Assembly: GCA_963755055.1 (NCBI GenBank)
Contig: CAVWIS010000004.1
Location: 125,478 to 189,477, forward strand
DNA length: 64,000 bases
Reading direction: 5' to 3'
From: an uncultured Alphaproteobacteria bacterium
GTDB taxonomy: Bacteria > Pseudomonadota > Alphaproteobacteria > Rhizobiales > Xanthobacteraceae
The notes beneath the pieces are model-generated. The model was not told the DNA's origin. It made no database searches and saw only the letters and a list, made by a program, of their open reading frames with translations. The translations under genes were made by a program, and so were the position numbers. This document shows positions 48,780 through 58,661 of this stretch, one piece after another (the first letter of the stretch is position 1; each line of letters begins with the position of its first letter).

Positions 48780-48780
<1 letters not shown>
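46982..48780 (+). pseudogene. Peptide/nickel ABC substrate-binding protein (DppA/OppA family 5), multiply frameshifted
   Basis: Family-5 binding-protein segments alternate between three frames (LSALSWDPADWNWKLNHDTGLFYEQLFAADL / AESWEWKENPLRVEV / VMFPEKPGVMEARELTADDVVFSFNRL / IYWDKEKIGGDEYKLPFVDKIVYRTIKDEATFVTALRTGKLDMLEAI / MRVDTKPFDDIRVRRALNMAVNKQEIV... / ...ILDKAPYIWLPTPYIYTAWWPWVKNYGGEL). Confidence 0.7.
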
Positions 48781-49739
<959 letters not shown>

Positions 49740-49740
<1 letters not shown>

Positions 49741-50732
49741 CGCCGACGAGATCCTGCGCGTCGAGGATCTGAAGGTGCATTTCCCGATCACCGCGGGCAT
49801 CGCTGATGCAGCGGCAGGTCGGCACCGTCAAGGCGGTCGACGGCGTCTCGTTCGCGCTGCGCCGCGGCGAGACGCTGGGCCTGGTCGGCGAGAGCGGCTG
49901 CGGCAAGATCCACCACCGGCCTCGCGGTGCTGCGCATGCTCGAGCCCACCGCCGGCCGCATCGTGTTCGAGGGCGAGGACATCACGGCGTTCGGCAAGGC
50001 GCGCATGCGGCACGATCCGCCGGCGCATGCAGATGGTCTACCAGGACCCCTACGGCTCGCTCGATCCGCGCATGAAGGTGCGCGACATCGTCGGCGAGCC
50101 GCTCGAGGTGCACGGGCATCGCCGGCAGCCGCGCCGAGCTACGCGCGAGCGCGTCGCCGCGCTGCTCGCCATGGTCGGCCTGCTGCCCGACATGGCCGAG
50201 CGCTACCCGCACGAATTCTCCGGCGGCCAGCGCCAGCGCATCGGCATCGCCCGCGCGCTGGCGCTGGAGCCGCAGCCTGCTGATCTGCGACGAGCCGGTC
50301 TCGGCGCTCGACGTCTCGATCCAGGCGCAGGTCGTCAACCTGTTCATGGACCTGCAGCAGCGGCTCGGCCTGACCTACCTGTTCATCGCCCACGACCTCG
50401 CCGTGGTGCGCCACATCAGCCACCGCATCGCCGTGATGTATCTCGGCCGCATCGTCGAGATCGCGACGCGCGACGAGCTGTATCGACGTCCGCTGCATCC
50501 CTACACCGAGGCGCTGCTGGCGGCGGTGCCGGTCGCCGACCCCGAGGTCGAGGCGCGGCGCCCGCGCGTCATCGTGACCGGCGAGGTGCCGAGCGCGCTG
50601 ACGCCGCCGTCGGGCTGCCGTTTCCATCCGCGCTGTCCGCAGGCGATGGCGGTCTGCAGGACGGTCGACCCTGCGCTGACCGAGCTCGGCGCCGGCCGGG
50701 CGGTCGCCTGTCATCTGCACGTCGCGCCGTAG
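49740..50732 (+). pseudogene. Peptide ABC transporter ATPase (DppF-like), multiply frameshifted
   Basis: [25 protein letters not shown] / [28 protein letters not shown] / [24 protein letters not shown] / ...[61 protein letters not shown].. lie in different frames. Confidence 0.7.
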
Positions 50733-50852
50733 CCCGCCGGCATCGTTGAATGGACCGGCATTGTGGCGCACGGCAAGCCGCGGTTGCGGCTGCGTGCACC
50801 AGCCGATAAAGTCGCGCCGACCTTTCCCCGATCACCATTCGAGGATTGCCCC

Positions 50853-51707
50853 GTGACCAACTCGAGCGCAAGACTGGTGAGTGCACTGACCATCCTGGCG
50901 GCGCTGCTGACGCCGGCCTTCGGCCAGCAGCAGACCGAGCACGAGCGCAAGCTCGGCGAGATCAGGAAGCTCGGATGGCAGGCCGGACCCTCGCAAGGCC
51001 CGATCGCGAGCCGCGCGCACATCACGGTGCCGGAGGGCTACGTCTATCTCGGCGCCGACGATACGGCGCGCTTTCTCGTCCTCCTGGAGAACCTTCCCAC
51101 CAAGAACAGCTATACGTTCGCCCCGCGCTCCCTCGACTGGTTCTCGGTGTTCGACTATTCGGACACCGGCTACATCAAGGACGACGAGAAGATCGATCCC
51201 GACGCCATCCTGAAGGTGCTCAAGGAGGGCACCGAGCGGGAGAATACCGAGCGCACCAAGCGCGGCTATCCGGCGCTCGAGCTTGAGGGCTGGGCGGTGC
51301 CCCCGCACTACGACACCGAGACCAAGCGGCTCGAATGGGCGACCAAGCTGAAATCATCCGGCGGAACGAGCATCAACTACAGCATCCGCCTGCTCGGGCG
51401 CACCGGCGTCATGAATGCCGTGCTGGTCACCGATCCGGCGTCGCTCGATGCCGACATCCGCACCTTCAAGACGGCGCTCGGCGGATTCTCCTTCGATAGC
51501 GGCGAGCGTTATGCGGAGTACCGGGTGGGCGACAAGATCGCCGAGTACGGGCTGACCGGCCTGATCGTCGGCGGTGCCGCCGCCCTGGCGGCGAAGTCCG
51601 GGCTGCTGAAGATCCTGCTGAAGTTCGGGATCTACATCTTCGCCGCTGTTGCCGCCTTCGCCGGCGGCATCTTCAAATGGTTCAGCGGCCGGCGAAGGTC
51701 GGCTTGA
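50853..51707 (+). CDS. DUF2167 domain-containing membrane-anchored protein
   Basis: GTG start after GAGGA; signal/anchor VTNSSARLVSALTILAALLTPAFG; a periplasmic domain plus a C-terminal TM pair, the typical DUF2167 architecture. Confidence 0.55.
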   Translation: MTNSSARLVSALTILAALLTPAFGQQQTEHERKLGEIRKLGWQAGPSQGPIASRAHITVPEGYVYLGADDTARFLVLLENLPTKNSYTFAPRSLDWFSVFDYSDTGYIKDDEKIDPDAILKVLKEGTERENTERTKRGYPALELEGWAVPPHYDTETKRLEWATKLKSSGGTSINYSIRLLGRTGVMNAVLVTDPASLDADIRTFKTALGGFSFDSGERYAEYRVGDKIAEYGLTGLIVGGAAALAAKSGLLKILLKFGIYIFAAVAAFAGGIFKWFSGRRRSA

Positions 51708-52384
51708 TGCTCGAGGCGATCGCCAACTCCTGGTTCGGGTTCTGGACGGCGGCGCTGGTGATCGTGCTCGTCGATTCGGCGACGCTGCTGGCGCCGGGCG
51801 AGTTCGCCTTCGCGTTCGACCGCGATGGCAGGCCGCGGCTGCGCATCCCGACCGCGCCGTTCCTGATCCGCCAGAAGGACCTGCTGATCGCGGCGCTGAA
51901 GTATTTTGCGACGCCCTTCTTCGTCGCGTCGGTCGCCGCGCCGGACGCCCTCGACGCGGCGCGGCTGGCCGAGCTGCGCGCCACGGCGGCGCGCTGCCGC
52001 GCCATGTGCGCCTATTCGTACGTGACCGCCGCGGCGCTGGTCGTGGTCGGGCCGGTCGCCAGCCTGACGCTCGGCATCGGCGTGGCGCTGCTCGGCATCC
52101 TGCCGGTTCTTTACCTGACCGCGGCGCTGGCACTCATGGCGATCTTCGTCACGCGCCAGGATTTCGGGCTGACCGGCGGAAAATTCGCCTCGCTGGCCTT
52201 CGAGCTCATCGTCTGCCCTGCCTTGGTGGTCAATCTCAACAAGCGCCTGGTCGACCGCACCCGCGTGGTGCCCAATGCGTTTCTCCTGATCGGCGACGAC
52301 GAGACCCTGCGGCGGCAGATCGACGCCAACCTCGAATATCTCCACGTCGCGCCGATTGCCCGCGGCGCCGACCGCGGCGGATGA
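51707..52384 (+). CDS. Hypothetical integral membrane protein
   Basis: MLEAIANSWFGFWTAALVIVLV... with several hydrophobic helices. Translationally coupled on both sides (TGATG overlap at 51707; stop and next ATG abut at 52384/52385). Confidence 0.5.
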   Translation: MLEAIANSWFGFWTAALVIVLVDSATLLAPGEFAFAFDRDGRPRLRIPTAPFLIRQKDLLIAALKYFATPFFVASVAAPDALDAARLAELRATAARCRAMCAYSYVTAAALVVVGPVASLTLGIGVALLGILPVLYLTAALALMAIFVTRQDFGLTGGKFASLAFELIVCPALVVNLNKRLVDRTRVVPNAFLLIGDDETLRRQIDANLEYLHVAPIARGADRGG

Positions 52385-53866
52385 TTGCGCACAACATTGA
52401 TCATGCGGCAAGCCGACGAGATCAGCGAGTTGGATCCTGTGAGCAGCGTGTCAGGCAAGGTTCCGCTGGTCATCGACCTCGCGGGAGCCTTGCTGAAGAC
52501 CGACGTGATGCATGAAGGTTTCATGCAGCTGGTGCGGCGCCAGCCGGGCGCTTTATCGGGTTTGCGACATTGGCTGACCGGCGGGCGCGAGGCGTTCGGC
52601 CGATTCGTCGCCGCCCGGGCGAAGCTCGACGTCGAAAGGCTTCCGGTCCGCGAGGACCTCGTCGCCTGGGCGGCGCGCGAGCACGCCGCGGGCCGGCAGG
52701 TCATTCTCGCTGCCGTCGACCGGCGCGTCGCCGAAAAAGTTGCCGCCCGGCTCGGATTCGTCGACGACATCATCGCGGTGGATGGCGGCGGCTCTGCCGG
52801 TCGGGCGAACGCCGACCTCATGGGTGAACGATTTCCCAAAGGTTTCATCTATGCGGGCCATTCGGCCGCCGACCTCGACGCCTGGCGCCGCGCGAGCGAC
52901 ATCGTGGTGGTCGATGCGTCGCCGAATGTGGAGCGTGAGGCACGGGCCATCCGCGCGCCGCTTGCGGTGTTCCCTCGCCGCCCGATCACTTTCACGACCG
53001 TTCGCCGCGCGCTGCGCCTGCACCAGTGGGCGAAGAACCTTCTCGTCTTCGTCCCGCTCCTGCTCGGCGGAAAATTTCACGATCCGTCCGCCTGGGGCCA
53101 GGCGCTGCTGGGATTTCTTTCGCTCGGCCTGCTCGCATCGTCGACCTACCTGGTCAACGATCTGTGGGATCTCGACGACGACCGCCGGCATTGGTCGAAG
53201 CGCGGGCGACCGCTGGCGGCAGGCCTCGTGTCGATTCCCGGCGCGCTCCTCATCGCCGGCATCGGGCTGGTCTCGAGCTTCGCCCTGATTGCATGGTGCG
53301 GCCTGGCCGCAGCGGCGATGCTCGGGCTCTACCTGGTCCTGGCGATGGCCTATTCGTTGCGGCTCAAGCGCGAGCCGATCGTCGACGCGCTCGCCATCGC
53401 CAGCCTTTTCACCATGCGGCTGGGGCTCGGCGTCGCCGTGACCCAGGTGCGCTTCTCGCCGTGGCTGTTCGTCTTCTCGATGTTCGTCTTTCTCTCGCTG
53501 TCGCTGGCCAAGCGCTGCACCGAGATCACCCGCATGGTCGAGCACGGCGAGGCCCGCGCTTTCGGGCGGGGCTACAAGCCGTCCGACGAGCCGCTGGTGC
53601 TGGCCATGGGCGTGGCGGCGATGTTCGGCGCCACCCTGATCATGATCATCTATCTGATCAGCGACGCCTTTCCGGCCGGCTTCTACTCGCATCCCTCGTT
53701 CCTGTGGATATTTCCCGTCGTCCTCTTTCTGTGGCTCGGACGGGTGTGGCTGCTGTGCCATCGCGGGGTCCTGCAGGACGACCCCGTCGTCTTCGCGTTG
53801 AAGGATCGGATCAGCCTCGGCTACGCGGCGCTCACCATGATCGCCTTCGTGGCGGCGATCTGGTGA
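52385..53866 (+). CDS. UbiA-family prenyl/phosphoribosyl-transferase with N-terminal HAD-like domain (decaprenyl-phosphate phosphoribosyltransferase-like)
   Basis: The C-terminal about 290 aa form a multi-TM UbiA fold with an Asp-rich motif NDLWDLDDDRRH. The N-terminal about 190 aa are soluble and HAD-like (VIDLAGALLKTD...). Confidence 0.65.
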   Translation: MRTTLIMRQADEISELDPVSSVSGKVPLVIDLAGALLKTDVMHEGFMQLVRRQPGALSGLRHWLTGGREAFGRFVAARAKLDVERLPVREDLVAWAAREHAAGRQVILAAVDRRVAEKVAARLGFVDDIIAVDGGGSAGRANADLMGERFPKGFIYAGHSAADLDAWRRASDIVVVDASPNVEREARAIRAPLAVFPRRPITFTTVRRALRLHQWAKNLLVFVPLLLGGKFHDPSAWGQALLGFLSLGLLASSTYLVNDLWDLDDDRRHWSKRGRPLAAGLVSIPGALLIAGIGLVSSFALIAWCGLAAAAMLGLYLVLAMAYSLRLKREPIVDALAIASLFTMRLGLGVAVTQVRFSPWLFVFSMFVFLSLSLAKRCTEITRMVEHGEARAFGRGYKPSDEPLVLAMGVAAMFGATLIMIIYLISDAFPAGFYSHPSFLWIFPVVLFLWLGRVWLLCHRGVLQDDPVVFALKDRISLGYAALTMIAFVAAIW

Positions 53867-53876
53867 GGCAGTCGCC

Positions 53877-55202
53877 ATGGGATTCCACATGCGCGCCGAC
53901 GTCACCTCCTGGGGACGCGTGACGCGTCCCCGGCAGCTCGTCGCCGGCCCGGCATTTCGCGACGAGATCGGCGAGGCCGTGGCCGCCAGGCCGCCCGGCG
54001 CCAGCTATCTGGCGGTCGGGCTGCGGCGTTCCTACGGCGATTCCTGCCTGAACACCGATGGCGTCGTGATCGAGACGAGCCGCCTCGATCGCTTCATATC
54101 GTTCGATCCGGTCACCAGGATATTTCGCGCCGAGGCCGGGGCGAGCCTGGCAGACATTCTGGCATTCGCGGTGCCGCTCGGCCTGTTTCTTCCCACCACC
54201 CCGGGGACGCGCTTCGTCACGCTGGGCGGCGCGGTTGCCAACGACGTGCACGGCAAGAACCACCACCGGGCCGGAACGTTCGGCCGGCATGTCGGCGCGC
54301 TCGGGCTTTTGCGTAGCGACGGCAGCCGCCTGGTCCTGTCGCCGACCACAGAGCCCGAGCTTTTTCGGGCGACGATCGGCGGGCTCGGGCTGACCGGGAT
54401 CGTCGAATGGGTGGAGATCGGCCTGGTGCCGATCCCGAGCGCATGGCTCGACGTGGAGAATGTTCCGTTCGCCTCGCTCGAAGGATTCTGGGATATCGCC
54501 CGCGTGAGCGTCGAGACTCACGAGCACACCGTCGCCTGGATCGACTGCGTCGCGTCGGGAAGCGCGCTCGGGCGCGGCATCTTCTCGCGGGCCAACTGGC
54601 GGACCGCCGACGACCGGAGCCCGCGCCAGAACCGCGTGCGAACAATCCCCTTCGACGCACCGGCGGCGCTGCTCAATGCCTGGACGGTCGGGGCGTTCAA
54701 CGCGCTCTACTATCGGCGCGAGGCGCGAAGGACACGAGTTTCGCCCCGCCACTACGCGCCCTTCTTCTACCCGCTCGATGCAATTTCCGACTGGAACCGG
54801 CTTTACGGCCGCCGCGGCATGTACCAGTACCAGTGCGTGATCCCGTTGCCGGTCCAGCAGCAGGCGGTCCGCGCGCTCATCGGCGAGATCGTCGCCTCCG
54901 GCGAGGCATCCTTTCTGGCGGTGCTCAAGACGTTCGGCGGCCTGCCGTCGCCGGGCCTCATCTCGTTTCCGCGCGAGGGAGCGACCCTTGCCCTCGATTT
55001 TCCCAACCGCGGCGCACCGACGCTGCGGCTGATGGAGCGCCTCGATGTCATCGTCGGCGAGGCCGGAGGCGCCCTCTATCCGGCCAAGGACGGGCGCATG
55101 AGTGCCGCCATGTTCCGCGCCGGTTTTCCGGGCTGGGAGCAGTTTGCCGCGCATATCGACCCGGCCTGCGCGTCGGATTTTTGGCGGCGGGTGAGGTCGT
55201 GA
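53877..55202 (+). CDS. FAD-linked oxidase, DprE1-like (decaprenylphosphoryl-beta-D-ribose 2'-oxidase homolog)
   Basis: FAD-binding PCMH-type domain: ...LAVGLRRSYGDSCLNTDGVVIE..., ...FVTLGGAVANDVHGKNHH... Confidence 0.7.
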   Translation: MGFHMRADVTSWGRVTRPRQLVAGPAFRDEIGEAVAARPPGASYLAVGLRRSYGDSCLNTDGVVIETSRLDRFISFDPVTRIFRAEAGASLADILAFAVPLGLFLPTTPGTRFVTLGGAVANDVHGKNHHRAGTFGRHVGALGLLRSDGSRLVLSPTTEPELFRATIGGLGLTGIVEWVEIGLVPIPSAWLDVENVPFASLEGFWDIARVSVETHEHTVAWIDCVASGSALGRGIFSRANWRTADDRSPRQNRVRTIPFDAPAALLNAWTVGAFNALYYRREARRTRVSPRHYAPFFYPLDAISDWNRLYGRRGMYQYQCVIPLPVQQQAVRALIGEIVASGEASFLAVLKTFGGLPSPGLISFPREGATLALDFPNRGAPTLRLMERLDVIVGEAGGALYPAKDGRMSAAMFRAGFPGWEQFAAHIDPACASDFWRRVRS

Positions 55203-55954
55203 CCGACATCTCCGCCGGACAGCGCGTCGTCATCCTGGGCGCCACCTCGGCGATCGCCGAGGCCGCCGCCAGGCTGTGGGCCCGCGAGGGCGCGCACCTC
55301 GTGCTGGTCGCTCGCAATGCCGAGCGCCTCGGCGCGATCACCGACGACCTGCGCGTTCGCGGGGCCGCCGCCGTGCATACCGTGGTGCTCGATCTCGCGA
55401 CCGCCGATGCGGGGCGCGAGCTCGACGGGTTCGCAAAACTCGCCGGCGCGATCGATGTCGTGCTGCTGGCCTACGGGGTGCTCGGCGACCAGGCAGCCGC
55501 CGAGCAGGATCCGGCGGTGGCGAAAAACATCCTCGAGGCCGATTTCCTTTCCGCCGCCGCATGGTGCCTGGCGGCGGCGAACCATCTGGCGGCCCGTCGC
55601 GCCGGCGTGCTCGTCGTGATCGGCTCGGTCGCCGGCGATCGCGGCCGCATGTCGAACTACATCTACGGCGCTGCAAAGGGCGGGCTCGGCATTCTCGTCC
55701 AGGGCATCGCCCACAGGCTGGCGCCGACCGGCGCCCGCGCCGTCCTGATCAAGCCCGGCCTCGTCGACACGCCGATGACGGCGCACATGGCGCCGGGCGG
55801 CATCTTGTGGTCCAGACCCGAGGTGGTCGCGGCCGCCATCAGGAAGGCGGCCGAGCGCGGCGGCCCGGTCGTCTATGCGCCGTGGTGGTGGCGCTTCGTC
55901 ATGCTGATCATCCGGCTGGTGCCGTCGTCGATCCTGCACAAGACGAAGCTGTGA
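55198..55954 (+). CDS. Short-chain dehydrogenase/reductase, DprE2-like
   Basis: VTDISAGQRVVILGATSAIAEAAA... Rossmann fold, YxxxK (YIYGAAKGG). The GTG start overlaps the DprE1 stop. Confidence 0.7.
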
Positions 55955-55967
55955 GCCAGGGGAGCAG

Positions 55968-57446
55968 TCAATCGGAGGCCGGTCGACGGCTCTCGATCCG
56001 CACCGACCGTACTCCCACATAGCGCGCCAGGCAGACATTCCGCCATGCGCCGGGGTCCTCGCCCGCGGGATCGCCGAACCACAGGTCGGCGATCGGCGGG
56101 GCCGGCAGAACAAGGTCGCGATCGGCGATCGGCGCTCCCGGTGCCTTGCCGCCCCCCAACAGCGCAAATCTCGCCTCCACCGCTCGATAGAGCGGGACCA
56201 GGTGCGCCAGGGTCTGGACGGCCTGCAGGAAGTGCGGCGTCGCGATCATCAGGAGAAGAGCCGCGACCGCGAGCTTTCGACCGTCAAGACGCGGCCAGCG
56301 CTCGCCGACGATGGCGCGGATGCGCGGGCCGAAGGCTGCCGACGCCGCGACTGCGCTCGCGCCCAATCCGCCGACCAGCACGAAGTGCAGATAGTTGAGC
56401 GCGCGCTGCTCGAGAAGGTGTCCGGTCGCCACCTGCCCGATCCACAGCGACCCGTAGATCGCGATCATCGCGGTGGCGAGCGGCATCCACACCGCCGGCG
56501 AGGCACCGACCGCCGGCGGAGCGTCGCGCGAGCGGGGAAGAACGAGCAGACAGACGAGCCAGGCGAGAACGGCCGGGTTGGTCAGGCGGCGCGACAGGAA
56601 CTGGGCGACGTGCCCGACGGTGAGGGGCAGACCAGCCAGCATGCGCAGCGCCATGCCCTGGTCGGTCCCCATCACCCGCAGGCGAAGCGCATTTCCCGGC
56701 GCCAGGACGACGATCGCGACACCGACCGCGATGGCTGAGAGGATCAGCGCGTGGGCCACCGGCTGGCGCGGCGCATCGACCAGCCAGCGATGCAGCAGGG
56801 AGCCGAGCACGACGGCAAGCAGCACCGGTCCGCTGATCTCGGTCGCCGTCGCGATCAGCATTCCGCCGGCCATCAGCAATCCGACCGCAGCGGGGCCGAT
56901 CGGCGCTTTTCGCTGCACCTGGCGGTGCAGCCAGATCATCATCCCGAGGGTGACCAGCGCGGGAATCGTATAGAAGCCGATGCCGGTGGCCCAATAGAAC
57001 AGATCCTCGGGCTGCGGACTGCCGGCGACGAGCACCGCCGCGGTCAAAAACCCCAGCAGCAGCCGGATGGACTTCGGGCAGCCCGGCAGAATGGCGTTCG
57101 CGCCCCACAGCGCCAGCGCGATGGCCGCTCCCAGCGCCGCCGCGCAGAAGGCGCGGAAGGCCACCAGCAGGTCGACCCCCAGCATGTAGTGAAGCCAGAA
57201 GGGGACGATGGTGGCGACGAAGCTGAACAGTCGCCCCTGAAAGTTCACGTATAGATCGCCCACCATGGCGATCAGGCCGCGATCGCGCCACGAGGCGGCG
57301 AAGCAAAAATCGTCCGAATGGGGCGACGCGCAAACCAGCAGAATCACGAACGGAGCAATCACGAGGATCGGCAGCCAGACCGCCCGCCCGGCAAACCGAT
57401 CGTCGACCGCCGGACGCCGGACAACTGGCGTTGCGGGCTGCGTCAT
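55968..57446 (-). CDS. Polytopic membrane protein, GT-C-type glycosyl (arabinofuranosyl) transferase-like
   Basis: At least 10 TM helices with large loops. Convergent with the UbiA/DprE1/DprE2 genes. Confidence 0.5.
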   Translation of the reverse strand: MTQPATPVVRRPAVDDRFAGRAVWLPILVIAPFVILLVCASPHSDDFCFAASWRDRGLIAMVGDLYVNFQGRLFSFVATIVPFWLHYMLGVDLLVAFRAFCAAALGAAIALALWGANAILPGCPKSIRLLLGFLTAAVLVAGSPQPEDLFYWATGIGFYTIPALVTLGMMIWLHRQVQRKAPIGPAAVGLLMAGGMLIATATEISGPVLLAVVLGSLLHRWLVDAPRQPVAHALILSAIAVGVAIVVLAPGNALRLRVMGTDQGMALRMLAGLPLTVGHVAQFLSRRLTNPAVLAWLVCLLVLPRSRDAPPAVGASPAVWMPLATAMIAIYGSLWIGQVATGHLLEQRALNYLHFVLVGGLGASAVAASAAFGPRIRAIVGERWPRLDGRKLAVAALLLMIATPHFLQAVQTLAHLVPLYRAVEARFALLGGGKAPGAPIADRDLVLPAPPIADLWFGDPAGEDPGAWRNVCLARYVGVRSVRIESRRPASD

Positions 57447-57611
57447 GGGCTAACCACATCCCGACCTTGTTGAATCACGGCGTCATGCGCGGGCTTGTCC
57501 CGCGCATCCACGTCTTTCTTCCTTCTTGGCCAAGACGTGGATGGCCGTGGCGAACACGGCCATGACGCCGAGGCCCGTTCGGTCTCCGCGTAACTGTCGG
57601 CCAGCCCGGGT

Positions 57612-58262
57612 CTACCCAACCGCGGCGGCATCGCCCCAGGTTTCGCTGATCGGCATCCAGCCGGCGCCCTGGCCGGCTTGTTTTCTGCTGGTATTTTCTG
57701 CCGTCGCGATCGGCAGCTGAACCACCCGCGGCGTCTCCGCGTCCGCGCGTTCCGGCTGCCCGGCTTGTTTCGGCCTTGTATTTTCGGCTGCCGCGGCGGG
57801 CGCTTGCTCGGTGCTTGTATCTGGCGCCACCTCCGCCGCCTCGCCCGCGGCGGCTTGTTCCTGCCTTGTATTCTGCTCCCGCTCGGCGAGCCGGGCCTCG
57901 AGCCTTGCGGCGGCCCCGAGGCAGCGCACCGCGCTCTCCACCACGCGGATCAGATCCATCCCTTCCGAGGGTGCGAGCTCCCCGGCCGACACTCCCTCGA
58001 GGATCGCGGCGACTGCCGCCGGAACGTCCGCCGCGCCGGCGATGCGCGGCAGCGGGAACCGCACCGGCCGGCTCCGGCCGCGCGGCATGAGACGGTCGAG
58101 GCAGAGCCGCAGCGCGCCCAGATCGCCGTCGAGCGCCCGCTCGATCGCCTTGCGCGCCAGCGCCTCGCCCTCCTGCTCGAACAGCCCTTCGGCGATCAGC
58201 GTCGCGCGGTTGCGCGCCCCCGGCGGCCGGCCCGCCGGATTTCCGCTCTGCCCCTTCACGAA
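57612..58262 (-). CDS. DUF5681 domain-containing protein (phage-associated family)
   Basis: MTFVKGQSGNPAGRPPGARNRATL is the DUF5681 signature (FxKGxSGNPxGRPxG). The C-terminus has internal repeats (AENTRPKQAGQ / AENTSRKQAGQ) mirrored by a 3x ~30-nt DNA repeat at 57690-57870. Confidence 0.65.
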   Translation of the reverse strand, partial: FVKGQSGNPAGRPPGARNRATLIAEGLFEQEGEALARKAIERALDGDLGALRLCLDRLMPRGRSRPVRFPLPRIAGAADVPAAVAAILEGVSAGELAPSEGMDLIRVVESAVRCLGAAARLEARLAEREQNTRQEQAAAGEAAEVAPDTSTEQAPAAAAENTRPKQAGQPERADAETPRVVQLPIATAENTSRKQAGQGAGWMPISETWGDAAAVG

Positions 58263-58383
58263 CGTCATGGCTCCCTCCGTTGGTTGGGTATCACACGCGG
58301 TGTGTATACCCTTTTTATTGTACACTGTCAAGTGGGCTGCGGGTGGCCCTTCGAGACGCCCCGCGCCGGAGGCGCGTGGCTCC

Positions 58384-58581
58384 TCAGACTGAGGGGCAGG
58401 AGTTTGAGGCACTCAGGTGCGCCGTCACCGGAGCCGGCGCGCCGCCCTTCCGGGCGCAGACGCCATCGCCGATGGCGCTGCCGCCTTGAAAGGATCCGCT
58501 CTGCCGCAGCCTGCCGAGGTATGGTTCCCAGTCACCGTCATCGACGGCGTCATCGTGCATGAGCAGGATATAATCGGCCAT
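58384..58581 (-). CDS. Small YciI-like / hypothetical protein (about 66 aa)
   Basis: MADYILLMHDDAVDDGDWEPYLGRLRQSGSFQGG... resembles short YciI-family proteins. Confidence 0.3.
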   Translation of the reverse strand: MADYILLMHDDAVDDGDWEPYLGRLRQSGSFQGGSAIGDGVCARKGGAPAPVTAHLSASNSCPSV

Positions 58582-58661
58582 GTCCATCTCCCGGTCCGTT
58601 GGCTACAACGGGGGCGCCGCGTGTAGGGTTCCGGGTGCGGGCGGACCGGCCCGGGATTGGG

